64,000 nt of DNA, taken from NCBI GenBank assembly GCA_951406725.2, contig OX597815.1, forward strand, positions 6,572,001-6,636,000, read 5' to 3'. The notes below the pieces were generated by a model, which searched no databases, had not been told where the DNA came from, and saw only the letters and a program-made list of their open reading frames with translations. Of the stretch, positions 28,446-41,566 are shown piece by piece (the stretch's first letter is position 1; every line of letters begins with the position of its first letter). The DNA is from Octopus vulgaris. Taxonomy: Eukaryota. The position numbers were made by a program, and so were the translations under genes.

Positions 28446-29119
28446 CATTATTATTAAATCATTTGTAGCGAGTTGGCAGAATCGTTACTGCAGACTGGAC
28501 ACGATATTCAATTTCTTCCAGCTCTTCACGTTCTGAGTTCGAACTCCGCCCAAGTCGCCTTTATCTTTCATTTTCTCGAACTACTCGTCTTACCCCTTCC
28601 CTAAAATCGCTGTAGCAAAATTTGAAGCAGTTATTATTACCTTATATCAGGGACCCTCGAGCATAACACACACACACACACACACATTCAACATGCTTCC
28701 ACACAGTGTGTGTGTCTTTATCTCTGTGCTTGTTCCTCTCCACCGCCGCTTGACAGCCATGTTGATGTATTCATGTCCTCGTAGCATAGCGGTTCGACAA
28801 AATACGCCGATAGAATAAGTAACAGGCTTCTACTTAAGAAGAGTGGTCCCGGTGCGCGCACACGCGTATTCGCGCATCCACGCTAGCTAGTCGTGACTAG
28901 TCGATCCTACAACGACTAACTAGCAAAGTAAATCAAACACAAAAATAAATAATTCTTTAAACAAAGTAAATAAAACACAAAAACACAAAGCAAGGATCGA
29001 CTAGTCACGACTAGTACCCAGGTTTTTAAAAAAAGTAAGAACTGGGGTCGATTCATTCAGCCAAAAGCTCTACGAGTCGGTGCCCCAGCTTGGCCGCAAA
29101 CTAAAACAAGTAAAAGATG

Positions 29120-29365
29120 GCCGATAAGAGGTACGGACGACTCTTTACTGGTGATTCCTTTCCTTTCCCGCTATTTTCCAACCTAAACCCAACGAACTTC
29201 TCCCGTCGACTTCTCCCGTCGAATTAACGTTTCCCTTCTGTCAAGGAAACAAAATCTCGAATCGTTAATGTTTACTTTTAATCTTGCTGATTTAGCCGAC
29301 ACAGGATGGCTCTAAGCAGATTATCTTGTTTTAAGAAGAGATTTTTAATTAATAAAAGTGTCAAG
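29120..29365 (+). promoter_or_regulatory. Candidate promoter / non-coding first exon, possibly of the PDZ gene
   Basis: CpG-retaining unique sequence with a 13-bp direct repeat (acttctcccgtcg x2) and donor AAG|gtaaga at 29365/6. It sits at the onset of CpG depletion. The start is approximate. Confidence 0.35.
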
Positions 29366-29539
29366 GTAAGATATAACGTCTAGTGCACTGTGCTCGGCTA
29401 AACTATACTCCATTCTATACGGTAGAGTTAAGACAGGAACTCCGGTACTCTTGACCTTTAGAGTCCCTTTTAAACTATCAGGATTAAAGAAGTAAGAAGA
29501 AATTTTATGCAGAATGTTGAAATATGTACATTAACCTAT

Positions 29540-29900
29540 AGGCGCAAGAGTGGCTGTGTGGTTAGTAGCTTGCTAACCAACCACATCGTTTTGGGTTCAG
29601 TCCCACTGCATGGCACCTTGGGCAAGAATCTTCTACTATAGCCTCAGGCTGACCAAAGCCTTGTGAGTGGATTTGGTAGATGGAAACTGAAAGAAGCCTG
29701 TCGTATATATATATATATGTGTGTGTGTGTGTATCGGTCTCTTTTGCCAAACTGCTAAGTTATGGGGACATAAACACACCAATACTATTATAATAGTATT
29801 ATAATAGTACTAGGCTTACAAAGAATAAGTCCTGTGGTCAATTTGTTCACCTAAAGGCAGTACTCCAGCATGGCCGCAGTCAAATGACTGAAACAAGAAA
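29540..29900 (+). mobile_element. SINE family A, CpG-decayed, with an internal inverted segment
   Basis: Consensus head and tail. 29735-29785 is reversed relative to consensus. Confidence 0.8.
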
Positions 29901-30439
29901 AAAATATACATTTGTGACCAGGCAAACACATGAGTAAGAGTCAATGCTATGGAATATTAAGTCGTAGATTAGCATAATCAGTAGAGCATCTGACAAAAAT
30001 GCTTTGTGATACTTGTTGCAACTCTTTATGTTCTGAGTTCAAATCCTGCCATGGTTAACTTTGTCTTTCATCCTTCCAGGGTCGAGAGTAATGTACCAGA
30101 GAAGTGGTGGAAGTGGTTTGATCAGTTGCACCCTCCTCCGCCCCACCCCCAACTTCTGGCCTCGTGCCTCTGTCAGAAAGGCGTGGCTGGATGGTTAGGA
30201 AGCTTGCTTTCAAACCTCATGGGTTCAGGTTGAGTCCTACTGTGCAACACCTTGGGCAAAGCATCATCAAGAACAGCCCCAGGCTAATGAAAGTCTTGTG
30301 GCTGGATTTGGGAGACAGAAACTGAAAGAATCCCATTGTGTGTGTCTGTGTGTTTGTGGGAATGAAGCTTTAAATGTCCAAAATGATTTGGCCAGTTTTG
30401 CTTACTATCATTGAGTAAATATATACACGTATATACATA

Positions 30440-31010
30440 TATGTTGGGCTTCACAGAGACAATGACGAAAGACCAAGACCTCTGGAGATATGCTGTGACT
30501 GTGAAGACCTGGCGAATAAAGTGAGTTCACAGTTGTAACCCCTACACCAGCATCGCATAACCAGCCCACTCAAAAGTACCTTGGATCGTAGGGTGACATG
30601 CTGCGCTTGAGGAGACCTATTGAGTCAAGTACTTCAACAGCAATATCAAAATCAAATCAAATCAATTAGAAATTGTGCTGGTGGCACATAAAAAGCACCA
30701 TCCGAATGTGGCCAATGCCAGTGCCGCCTTGACTGGTTTCCCTGCCAGTGGCACATAAAAAGCACCATTTGAGCATGGCCATTTCCAGCCTCCTCTGGCC
30801 CTGATGCCAGTGGCACGTAAAAAGCACCCACTACACTCTCAGAGTGGTTGGTACCAGGAAGGGCATCCAGCCATAGAAACGCTGCCAGATCAGATTGGGG
30901 CCTGGTGCAGCCTCCTGGCTTCCCAGACCCCGGTCAAACCGTCCAACCCGTGCCAGCATGGAAAACGGACGTTAAATGATGCTGATAATGATGATGATGA
31001 TGATGATATA
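30440..31010 (+). mobile_element. RTE-associated 3' element (family C) with (GAT)n tail
   Basis: Sub-repeats tggcac(g/a)taaaaagcacc, then ggaagggcatccagc and ccagcatggaaaacggacgttaaa-(TGA)n. Confidence 0.8.
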
Positions 31011-32242
31011 TAAATATATATATTTATATAATAAATCTTAGGGTAGCAAAAAAGTTTAGAGAAATTCTTTGCTGCCAGTGGTCTAGCAAGAAAAAATTAG
31101 TCAATAGACTATATATTATTCATATAAAAATAGTGTACATTTAAACACACAGGACATCTGACACGCTAGAAAGAGTAGTTAAACTACAAACCACTAATTT
31201 TTCATTCCCTTTCAGAATTACAACTATTAGTGGTTTATAGTTTAACTACTCTTTCTAGCGAGTCAGATGTCCTGTTATGTTCATCTCATGTGTTTAAATG
31301 TACACTGTTTTTTATATATATATATTTATATATGTGTGTATATGTGTGTGTGTGCGTATATCTATATATCTATCTACATACATGTATGTATGTATGTGTT
31401 TATGTAAGTAGATATTCTAAAGGAAGATGGATGAGGCAGAAAAAGGGAAGTGAGGCTTACAAAAGTGATGTGTTTGCACAATTTGATTGCTGTCAACCAC
31501 AAAGTATTTTATACTAAACAGACACAAACACAAAGAAGCCGAGAGCAAAGTGCTAGTAGCAGCATTAATCCCTCTACAGTGGATTAACAAAAAAAGTGTT
31601 TAAAATTCTTAACAAATAAATAAAAGCAGTAATCCCAAACAATAATCCCACAACATAATACTGATTGATAATGTATTTGGACAGATTAAGGAAATCCACC
31701 ATGAATTAAATACAGTGTTTAGTTATATTTAAGAAGTCACACATGTCCAGTAGATACGGAGATAACTGTGCTGAATTATATACAAAGAAAAACCTGTTGT
31801 TTTAGGGGCCACTGGAGTTGGATTTCTGAATGTCCTAGTCTAATTTTCTTTATGACCCTAACACATCGGTCCTGAATATAAAATTATTCAGATGACAAAT
31901 TGAGGAAGAAATCGATGAAGATGTGATGTCTGCCGTTCACTCAAGCAGTTACTACATGTTTCTGGACTCTCGTATTTTAAATACTGTTTTCTGTTCTCTT
32001 GTTTCGTTGATGACACTTTATAAGATAACAATGCAACAACCCACCAAAGGATTTTGGAAATCTATAAAGGACTAAGACACTGTTGTTGGGGATTTTATCA
32101 AAGGTCTGTATCTTCTTCGTAAATTATTGTCTTTCCTAACATTAGCCCTCCACACGGGGCCTCTTCAAAACAGCAATCGTACACACTCAGCAACAGTACT
32201 TTCCCATGATAGCAACTTTTCCTGACAACACCTCATCACAGC

Positions 32243-34090
32243 AGTACATCTCTCCACAATGCTACATCCCTATAATAGTACCTCTCTATCACAGTACCTC
32301 TCTCTACAATGCAACATCTCTGTAATAGTACCTCTCTACCACAGTACCTCTCTCCACAATGCTACATCTCTATAATAGTACCTCTCTACCACAGTACCTC
32401 TCTACCACAGTATCTCTCTCTACAATGCTACATCTCTATAATAGTACCTCTCTACCACAGTACCTCTCTACCACAGTATCTCTCTCTACAATGCTACATC
32501 TCTATAATAGTACCTCTCTACCACAGTACCTCTCTCTACAATGCTACATCTCTATAATAGTACCTCTCTACCACAGTACCTCTCTCTACAATGCAACATC
32601 TCTATAATAGTACCTCTCTATCACAGTACCTCTCTCTACAATGCAACATCTCTATAATAGTACCTCTCAACCACAGTACCTCTCTCTACAATGCTACATC
32701 TCTATAATAGTACCTCTCAACCACAGTACCTCTCTCCACAATGCTACATCTCGATAATAGTACCTCTCTACCACAGTACCTCTCTCTACAATGCAACATC
32801 TCTATAATAGTACCTCTCTACCACAGTACCTCTCTCTACAATGCAACATCTCTATAATAGTACCTCTCTACCACAGTACCTCTCTCCACAATGCAACATC
32901 TCTATAATAGTACCTCTCTACCACAGTACCTCTCTCCACAATGCTACATCTCTATAATAGTACCTCTCTACCACAGTACCTCTCTCCACAATGCAACATC
33001 TCTATAATAGTACCTCTCTACCACAGTACCTCTCTCCACAATGCTACATCTCTATAATAGTACCTCTCTACCACAGTACCTCTCTCTACAATGTAACATC
33101 TCTATAATAGTACCTCTCTACCACAGTACCTCTCTCTACAATGCAACATCTCTATAATAGTACCTCTCTACCACAATATCTCTCTCCACAATGCTACATC
33201 TCTATAATAGTACCTCTCTACCACAGTACCTCTCTCCACAATGCTACATCTCTATAATAGTACCTCTCTACCACAGTACCTCTCTCTACAATGTAACATC
33301 TCTATAATAGTACCTCTCTACCACAGTACCTCTCTCTACAATGCAACATCTCTATAATAGTACCTCTCTACCACAATATCTCTCTCCACAATGCTACATC
33401 TCTATAATAGTACCTCTCTACCACAGTACCTCTCTCTACAATGCAACATCTCTATAATAGTACCTCTCTATTACAGTACCTCTCTCCACAATGCTACATC
33501 TCTATAATAGTACCTCTCTACCACAGTACCTCTCTACAATGCAACATCTCTATAATAGTACCTCTCTACCACAGTACCTCTCTCTACAATGTAACATCTC
33601 TATAATAGTACCTCTCTACCACAGTACCTCTCTCTACAATGCAACATCTCTATAATAGTACCTCTCTACCACAATATCTCTCTCCACAATGCTACATCTC
33701 TATAATAGTACCTCTCTACCACAGTACCTCTCTCCACAATGCTACATCTCTATAATAGTACCTCTCTACCACAGTACCTCTCTCTACAATGTAACATCTC
33801 TATAATAGTACCTCTCTACCACAGTACCTCTCTCTACAATGCAACATCTCTATAATAGTACCTCTCTACCACAATATCTCTCTCCACAATGCTACATCTC
33901 TATAATAGTACCTCTCTACCACAGTACCTCTCTCTACAATGCAACATCTCTATAATAGTACCTCTCTATTACAGTACCTCTCTCCACAATGCTACATCTC
34001 TATAATAGTACCTCTCTACCACAGTACCTCTCTCCACAATGCAACATCTCTATAATAGTACCTCTCTACCACAGTACCTCTCTCTACAAC
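32243..34090 (+). repeat. 50-bp minisatellite, about 36-37 copies
   Basis: Unit tctataatagtacctctctaccacagtacctctctctacaatgcaacatc. Confidence 0.97.
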
Positions 34091-34750
34091 GGTACCTTTG
34101 TAGCACAGTACCTCTCCACAAACGCAGCGCTTTGTAACTGTACCCCTCCACAGCTGTACCACTCCAAACAGCACCTCTCTGCTCAGTAAGACCCCCGCCC
34201 CACAACACGTGACAGTACCTTCCCAAGGCAGTACCTCTGCACAGCTGTACCTCTCCATTATTGTATCTCTTCCACAGCAAATGATTGATAACACCAATGT
34301 CTGTATCAACAACAACCACAACAACAACAACAACATCAGACAAAAGCAGTTTCAACATTAACAACGTCAATAACAACAGCAACAACATTAACAGATTACA
34401 GTGAATGCTGTCGCAACGATAGAAACATTGACAAAAACTACTACTACTACTACTACTACTACTACTGCTACTACCACTACTACTGCTACTACTACTACTA
34501 CTGCTGCTACTACTACTACTGCTACTTCTACCGATGCTGCTGTTGTTGTTGTTGTTGTTAAGCAACAAGACGGATAAGGGTGATTAGGTGATGGTCTAGG
34601 GCTTAGGGGCAGGAGACCCCAGACCTTGGGGGAAAAAAATACTTTGGTCGTCTTGTTGTAGTCAAGGGCTCTTCGTTGATGCCCGACACCACTGGGAAGT
34701 GACCCTCGAAGTCGCTGGAAATAGAGATCTCCAGGTCCAAATTCTGCTGC

Positions 34751-34794
<44 letters not shown>

Positions 34795-35038
34795 AGTGCG
34801 GTGGGTGCTTGAATTTGAAATGTCAGTCATGTCACGCATCAAACACAGATTTCCTTGATCTCATGTAATATTTATTCTTTCTTGCATTGCAAGGTTCATC
34901 GTTGTCTGCAGACTTCCAGAACATTCCTTGTGGACATTCTGAACAGAGGATCAGACTCGTCTCTCATTCAAGTTGCACAGAAGGATCTGTCTGGAACTCC
35001 CACCTTTGCACTTTCACTCTCGACTAAATTTCCTTTGT

Positions 35039-35083
35039 TCAAAGCTTAATGTGGCTCCCTTTATTATTTCTAGCATATTCAAT
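35039..35083 (-). CDS. Candidate start of a terminal exon (IEYARNNKGSHIKL* if phase 0), followed by UTR-like unique sequence
   Basis: Acceptor cttaactttcatcactttccag. Unique sequence continues to about 34790. Confidence 0.35.
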   Translation of the reverse strand: MEYARNNKGSHIKL

Positions 35084-35136
35084 CTGGAAAGTGATGAAAG
35101 TTAAGTAAATTACCAGATGTTAAAGTTTTTCAAACA

Positions 35137-35830
35137 GTATGCATGTATGCATGTGTGTATGTGTGTATGTATGTATGTATGTATGTATGTGTGTATGTAT
35201 ATATGTATGTGTGTATGTATGTATGTATGTATGTATGTATGTATGTATGTATGTATGTATGTATGTATGTATGTATGTATGTATGTATGTATGTATGTAT
35301 GTATGTATGTATGTATGTGTGTATGTATGTATGTATGTGTGTATGTATGTATGTATGTATGTATGTATGTATGTATGTATGTATGTATGTATGTATGTAT
35401 GTATGTATGTATGTGTGTATGTATGTATGTATGTGTGTATGTATGTATGTATGTATGTATGTATGTATGTATGTATGTATGTATGCATGTATGTATGTAT
35501 GTATGTGTGTATGTATGTATGTATGTATGTATGTATGTATGTATGTATGTATGTATGTATGTATGTATGTATGTATGTATGTATGTATGTATGTATGTAT
35601 GTATGTATGTATGTATGTATGTATGTACGTATGTATGTATGTATGTATGTATGTATGTAGGTATGTATGTATGTATGTATTTGTATGTATGTATGTATGT
35701 ATGTATTTATGTATGTATGTATGTATGCATGTATGCATGTATGTATGTATGTATGTATATATGCATGCATGTATGTATGTATGTATACATGTATGTATGT
35801 GCATGTATGTATGTTTTATGTATGTATTCT
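35137..35830 (+). repeat. (TATG)n tetranucleotide microsatellite
   Basis: Direct inspection. Confidence 0.97.
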
Positions 35831-36100
35831 CATGCATATAGTTGCATATCTAGACATGATCATATATATTTAAATGATAAACTTCTGGAAAGTTTTACAG
35901 ATTTTTACAGTTCCATTGATGGATTGGATCTGTAGTCTTTGAATTAGCTTTCTCCTTTCTGGTTTTGAGAAGCCTAACTTCTCAAAATTGGTATTTAGAC
36001 AGTGTGTTACATATCCCAGGACCCCAATAATTACAAGTATAAAGATGTATGTATGTATATGGATGGATGGATGGATGGATGTATGTATCTTCTATCTATC

Positions 36101-36139
<39 letters not shown>

Positions 36140-36950
36140 TCTTTTATTCTTTTATTTGTTTCATTTATTTGACTGCAGCCATGCTGGAGCACTGCCTTTA
36201 GTCGAACAAATTGACCCCAGACCTTATTCTTTATAAGCCTAGTACTTATTCTATCGGTCTCTTTATGCCGAACCGCTAAATTATGGGGACATAAACACAC
36301 CAACATTGGTTGTCAAGCAGTGATGGAAGACAAACACAGGCTCAAAGATACACACACACACACACACATACACACACACATACATACACACATACATACA
36401 TACATACATACATAAATACTGTGTGGTAAGAAGCTTGCTTCCCAACCACATGGTTCTTGGTTCAGTCCCACTGCATGGCACCTTGGGTAGGTGTCTTCTA
36501 CTATGGCCTCAGGCCGATCAAAGCCTTGTGAGTGGATTTGGTAGATGGAAACTGAAAGAAGCTTGTGTGTGTGTGTGTGTGTGTGTTTGTGTCTGTATTT
36601 ATCCCCCCACCATTGCCTGACAACAGATGCCAGTGTGTTTACGTCCCCGTATCTTAGCTGTTTGGCAAACAAGACCAATAGAATAAGTACTAGACTTACA
36701 AAGAATAAGTCCTGGTGTCAATTTGTTCGACTAAAGGCAATGCTCCAGCATGGCCACAGTCAAATGACTGAAACAATTAAAAGAATATAAATATATATTC
36801 TTTCACTTTCCATCTACCGAATCCACTCACGAGGCTCTGGTTAGCCTGAGGTAATACTAGAAGACACTTGCCCTAGGTTCCAAGAAGTGGGACTGAACCC
36901 AGAACCATGTGGTTGGAAAGCAAGCTTGTTACCACACAGATACGCCTGCA
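36140..36950. mobile_element. Three SINE family A pieces in alternating orientation
   Basis: 36140-36370 (-), 36418-36790 (+), 36800-36950 (-). Confidence 0.85.
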
Positions 36951-36959
36951 CTTATATAT

Positions 36960-37500
36960 AGCCAAGTGAGACCATAACTATAGCCTATACCAGTGTAGCA
37001 TAACTGGTCCATTTAAGAGTATCCTTCGATCATTTGGCAATATGCTATGCTTCAGAAGACCTATTGATTCAAGTGAAACCATTGTCGTGGCCGATGCCAG
37101 TACTGCCTGATTGGCACGTAAAAAGCACCATTGGAGAGTGGTCAATGCCAGTGCTGCCTGAGTGGTTCTGTGCCAGTGGTATGTAAGAAGCACCATTCAA
37201 GCGTGTTTGTTGCCAGTACCACCAGACTGGCTCTTTTGCTGGTGGCATGTAAAAAGCACCATTCAAGTTTGGTCATTGCCAGTGCCGCCTGACTGGCCCT
37301 CATGCCAGTGGCATGTAAAAAGCACCCACTACACTCTCGGAGTGGTTGGCGTTAGGAAAGGCATCCAGTTGTAGAAACCATGCCAGATCAGATTGAAGCC
37401 TGGTGCAGCCTCCTGGCTCACTAGCCCTCAGTCAAACCATCCAACCCATGCCAGCATGGAAACTGGACGTTAAATGACGATGGTGATGATGATGATGATA
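36960..37500 (+). mobile_element. Family C element
   Basis: Repeated taaaaagcacc units and the canonical 3' end. Confidence 0.8.
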
Positions 37501-38059
37501 TATATATATATATATAATAAACTGAAGAATAAGCTGACCTTTAATCCTTTGGCATTACAGATTACTCTGTCAAAATTAATTATTTAATCAAATTGTTTTG
37601 AATTAATCCTGCATTATCTCACAGATTTTAGATTTTGATGAGGTAACTGTTAATTTTAGAATGACATTGTAGGTTAGGTGTAAGAGGCCAGATCTGGCCA
37701 GTTAACCCCTTTAGCATTCAGATAACTCTTCAAATGTAATGCTTATCTATTCATGGTGAAGATCTTTGAACTGTGGGCCTCACAGAGGCAATGACTAGTG
37801 TTGAGACCTTTGGCGATATGCTATGTTTGAGAAGAGCTGTCAAACCAAGTGAAATCATTGTCTTGGCAGACACTGGTATCACATGCCAGTGGAATGTAAA
37901 AGTACCCATTACTCTCCTGGAGTTGGCGTTTGGAAGGGCATTCAGATGTAGAGGCCATGCCAAATCAGACTAGAGTCTGACACAGCTTTCCAGCTTGCCA
38001 ACCCTGGTCAAACTGTCCAATCCACAACAGCATGGACAACAGATGTTGAATAATGATGA

Positions 38060-38093
<34 letters not shown>

Positions 38094-38104
38094 ATATCAC
38101 TCTA

Positions 38105-38332
38105 CGGCGAGCTGGCAGAAACGTTAGCACACCGGGCGAAATGCTTAGTGGTATTGCATCTGTCGTTGCGTTCTGAGTTCAAATTCCGCCGAGGTCGACT
38201 TTGCCTTTCATCCTTTCGGGGTCAATAAATTAAGTACCAGTTACGCACTGGGGTCGATGTAATCAACTTAATCCATTTGCCTGTCCTTGTTCGTCCCCTC
38301 TATGTTTAGCCCCTTGTGGGCAATAAAGAAAC
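38105..38332 (+). mobile_element. SINE family B
   Basis: Consensus match. Confidence 0.85.
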
Positions 38333-38339
38333 AGATATA

Positions 38340-38992
38340 TCACTCTACTGTATGGCAGTGAGACCTGGATGCCATACACACGCCAAGAGCGTCACCTAAA
38401 TATCTTTCACCTGCGATGCCTCCAGAAAATCCTTGGCATCAAATGGCAGAATCATGATGTCCCCAACAAAGATGTCCTCAAGCAAGCAGGAATACCAAGC
38501 ATGTTTGCACTCCTCATACAAAGACGTATGAGATGGCTTTGACATTCTAACCATATGGAAGATGGCAGAATCCCCAAGGACATACTCTACGGAGAGCTTG
38601 CTAGGGGCACTAGGTCTGTGGGAAGACCGTTCTTACGATACAAGGATGTTTGCAAAAGGGACATGAATGCCTGTAACATCAATATTACCAACTGGGAAGC
38701 ATTTGCCAGCAACCGTGGAGATTGGCGACGTACCGTAAAAGAGGGAACACAAAGGAGTGACATAGAGAGAGGGGGGAGAAATGGAAAGACAAGAAAAGAC
38801 GTCAACAAGAAAGTATGACATTACAACCATCCAGGCAAAGTCTTCGCTACATTTGCAGCCAGAGGGAGTGTTTGTCTAGGATAGGACAACACAGCCACAG
38901 CAGGAAATGTATCAGGACATGAAATGTAAAAGCCGGACTAGATTATTTTATGCGCAACTCCATTGTCTCCTGAGACAAAAGGATGCCAACAA
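38340..38992 (+). mobile_element. RTE (BovB-like) LINE 3' fragment
   Basis: TLLYGSETW...FHLRCLQKILGIKWQ...MEDGRIPKDILYGEL..G.R..GRP.LRYKDVCKRDM. Confidence 0.9.
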
Positions 38993-39006
38993 CATATATA
39001 TATATA

Positions 39007-39213
39007 CAGGGTGTCCCAGAAGTCGTGCACTATTCTGGTTTTCATTTAAAATAATTGAAGTATTTTATTTTATTATATTTTTTTTGGCATGTTTTATTGT
39101 AGACGGTGCTCAATTTGAGCATTTGTTAAGATAAATTTCAATAAAGTGTTTTTGAAATCAGTAAGATTGTATTCTTTTAAAAAACTACAGTGGTGCACAA
39201 CTTCTGGGACACC

Positions 39214-39216
<3 letters not shown>
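39007..39216. mobile_element. Tc1/mariner-type MITE inserted in (TA)n
   Basis: TIRs cagggtgtcccagaagtcgtgcac and gtgcacaacttctgggacaccctg, flanked by TA. Confidence 0.9.
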
Positions 39217-39267
<51 letters not shown>

Positions 39268-39668
39268 GGATTCAATTGGATTGCCCATGTTTAGTCCACT
39301 GCAGGTCAAGAGCCTCAGTATATTCTCTCCACCAAAGAAGGGCTTGAGATCTTACTGGTTTCATGAGCCCTCTCTGCCACACTGGTTCAACATGGCCTCT
39401 TTTTTTGTACTCATACCCAGGAATAATAAAATCCATTACATCAACCCCCACCCTGGCATGCTAATGATTCTGTCATATCATAGAAAGAGAGGAGGTCACA
39501 GTTGGATTGGTGTCCAAAAGGCTAGGCCCCACCTCACAGCAATGAATGAGTATTCGAGAATGTTTTGAAAGTATTTCATGGTCTAAACTTTCTCCTTTTA
39601 GATCAACAGAAACAATCTGCAGCTGAAGAAAGGGTCAAAGGACAGTGCTGACCTTTGACCCTGGGTCA

Positions 39669-39728
39669 ATGGGAAATAACATCTGTTCCTGTACGACTAA
39701 ATTCCTTGATAAACGTCCAGAAACTAAG
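39669..39728 (+). CDS. Coding exon 1 of a single-PDZ whirlin-like protein (MGNNICSCTTKFLDKRPETK); the exon starts at 39602 with 5' UTR
   Basis: Acceptor tctccttttag ends 39601. In-frame TGA at 39624-26 lies upstream of the ATG at 39669. Donor AAG|gtgagt after 39728, phase 0, joins in frame to the next exon. Confidence 0.75.
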
Positions 39729-39854
39729 GTGAGTTCCTAGAATGTGTCTTTTTTTTCTTTTTTTATCATCAATCATTAATCATCATGGTTTTACATCCAC
39801 TTTCCCATGCTGGCATGAGTTGGACAGTCATCACAATCATTCATTCATTAAGAA

Positions 39855-40920
39855 ATACATACGTGTACGTACCTACATACATTCATGCATACATACAACA
39901 TACATACATACATGCATGCATGCATGCATACATACATACATAGAACATACATACATACATACATACATACATGCATGCATACATACAAACACACATACAT
40001 ACATACATACAACATACATACATACATGCATGCATACATACATACATACATACATACATGCATGCATACATACATACATACATGCACGCACACATACTTA
40101 CATACATACATGCATGCATACAAACACACATACATACATACATACAACATACATGCATACATACATGCATACATATATACATGCATACATACATACATAC
40201 ATACATACAACGTACATACATACATACATACATACATACATGCATGCATACAAACACACATACATACATACATACAACATACATACATACATACATACAT
40301 GCATGCATACGTACATACATACATACATACATACATACATACATACATACATACATACAACATACATACATACATACATACATGCATGCATACGTACATA
40401 CATACATACATACACACATACATACACACAGGCACGCACACACACATATATACATGCATGCATACATACATGCATACATACATACATACATACATACATA
40501 CATAAATGCATACATACATACATACATACATACATTCACACATGCATACATAAATGCATACATACATACATACATACGTACATGCGTACATACATACATA
40601 CATACATACATACATGCATACATACATGCATACATACGTACATGCATACATACATACATACATACATACATACATAAATGCATACATACATACATACATA
40701 CATACATACATTCACACATGCATACATAAATGCATACATACATACATACATACGTACATGCGTACATACATACATACATACATACATAAATGCATACATA
40801 CATACATACATACGTACATGCGTACATACATACATACATACATACATACATGCATACATACATGCATACATACATACATACATATATACATGCATACATA
40901 CATACATACATACATACATT
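39855..40920 (+). repeat. Degenerate (CATA)n/(CATG)n microsatellite in a PDZ-gene intron
   Basis: Direct inspection. Confidence 0.95.
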
Positions 40921-41130
40921 TGTTATAAGTTGTTATAAGTCCAAAAGAAAGCAAACTCTAATAAATTGTTTTGACCAGTAATATCTAAAGTGGTCATTGA
41001 TTATGACCAGTCAGAAAGTTAACATTGATCTCACATCTATAATGGCTCTTAGCAATATAGACAATTTGCCAGATCTGCTGGCCTCGGAGCATTTTATCAC
41101 AGCCATTGCTAACCATGACTGCAGTCTTAC

Positions 41131-41187
41131 CTTCATTAGTGAAGAGGGGTTATGTGCCTCCATTCTGCAGCATATCTGACAAGTCAC
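41131..41187 (-). CDS. Candidate 57-nt exon (VTCQICCRMEAHNPSSLMK in phase 0, or GDLSDMLQNGGT* in phase 1)
   Basis: tatacag acceptor and AAG|gtaaga donor, in unique non-repeat sequence. Confidence 0.4.
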
Positions 41188-41241
41188 CTGTATATCAGTT
41201 TGGTAAGAAAGTTCTTGGACATTTTTAGCATATCACTTCAT

Positions 41242-41422
41242 TAACACACTCACCGGTAAAATTTCCACTTTTTTCTTATTTTTATTTTCCTAAAATTTTC
41301 GCTGCATCTTGCAACCTTTTCAATAGAGTCAAAACTATTGAAAAGGTTGCAAAAGCACATAATGAAAAGTTTAGGACAATAGAAATAATAAATAAGTGGA
41401 AATTTTACCAGTGAGTGTGTTA
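41242..41422. mobile_element. MITE with 29-bp TIRs and an internal hairpin
   Basis: taacacactcaccggtaaaatttccactt and aagtggaaattttaccagtgagtgtgtta (one mismatch). Confidence 0.8.
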
Positions 41423-41566
41423 CATTATAAGGTACAAAAAGAAAATTACTCTCTGCAGACACAACAGAATATGCTTCAACACACAAACTCATATTAAGAA
41501 TCTTGCAAACCAAATCCAAAAACAAAATACTTTATTAACAATTAAAAAAACAACAACAAAGAACAA

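Noticed and set aside
32243-34090. Regular repeat array resembling a CRISPR array
   Set aside because: Units are contiguous with no unique spacers, there are no cas genes, and the context is eukaryotic. It is a minisatellite.
37080-37380. Interspaced tggca.gtaaaaagcacc repeats (also about 30.7 and 52.0-52.4 kb)
   Set aside because: The spacers are homologous to one another. These are internal sub-repeats of a retroelement 3' region.
35117-40954. Long ORFs of 200-340 aa (MYVC / HTYI repeats)
   Set aside because: Translations of (TATG)n and (CATA)n microsatellites.
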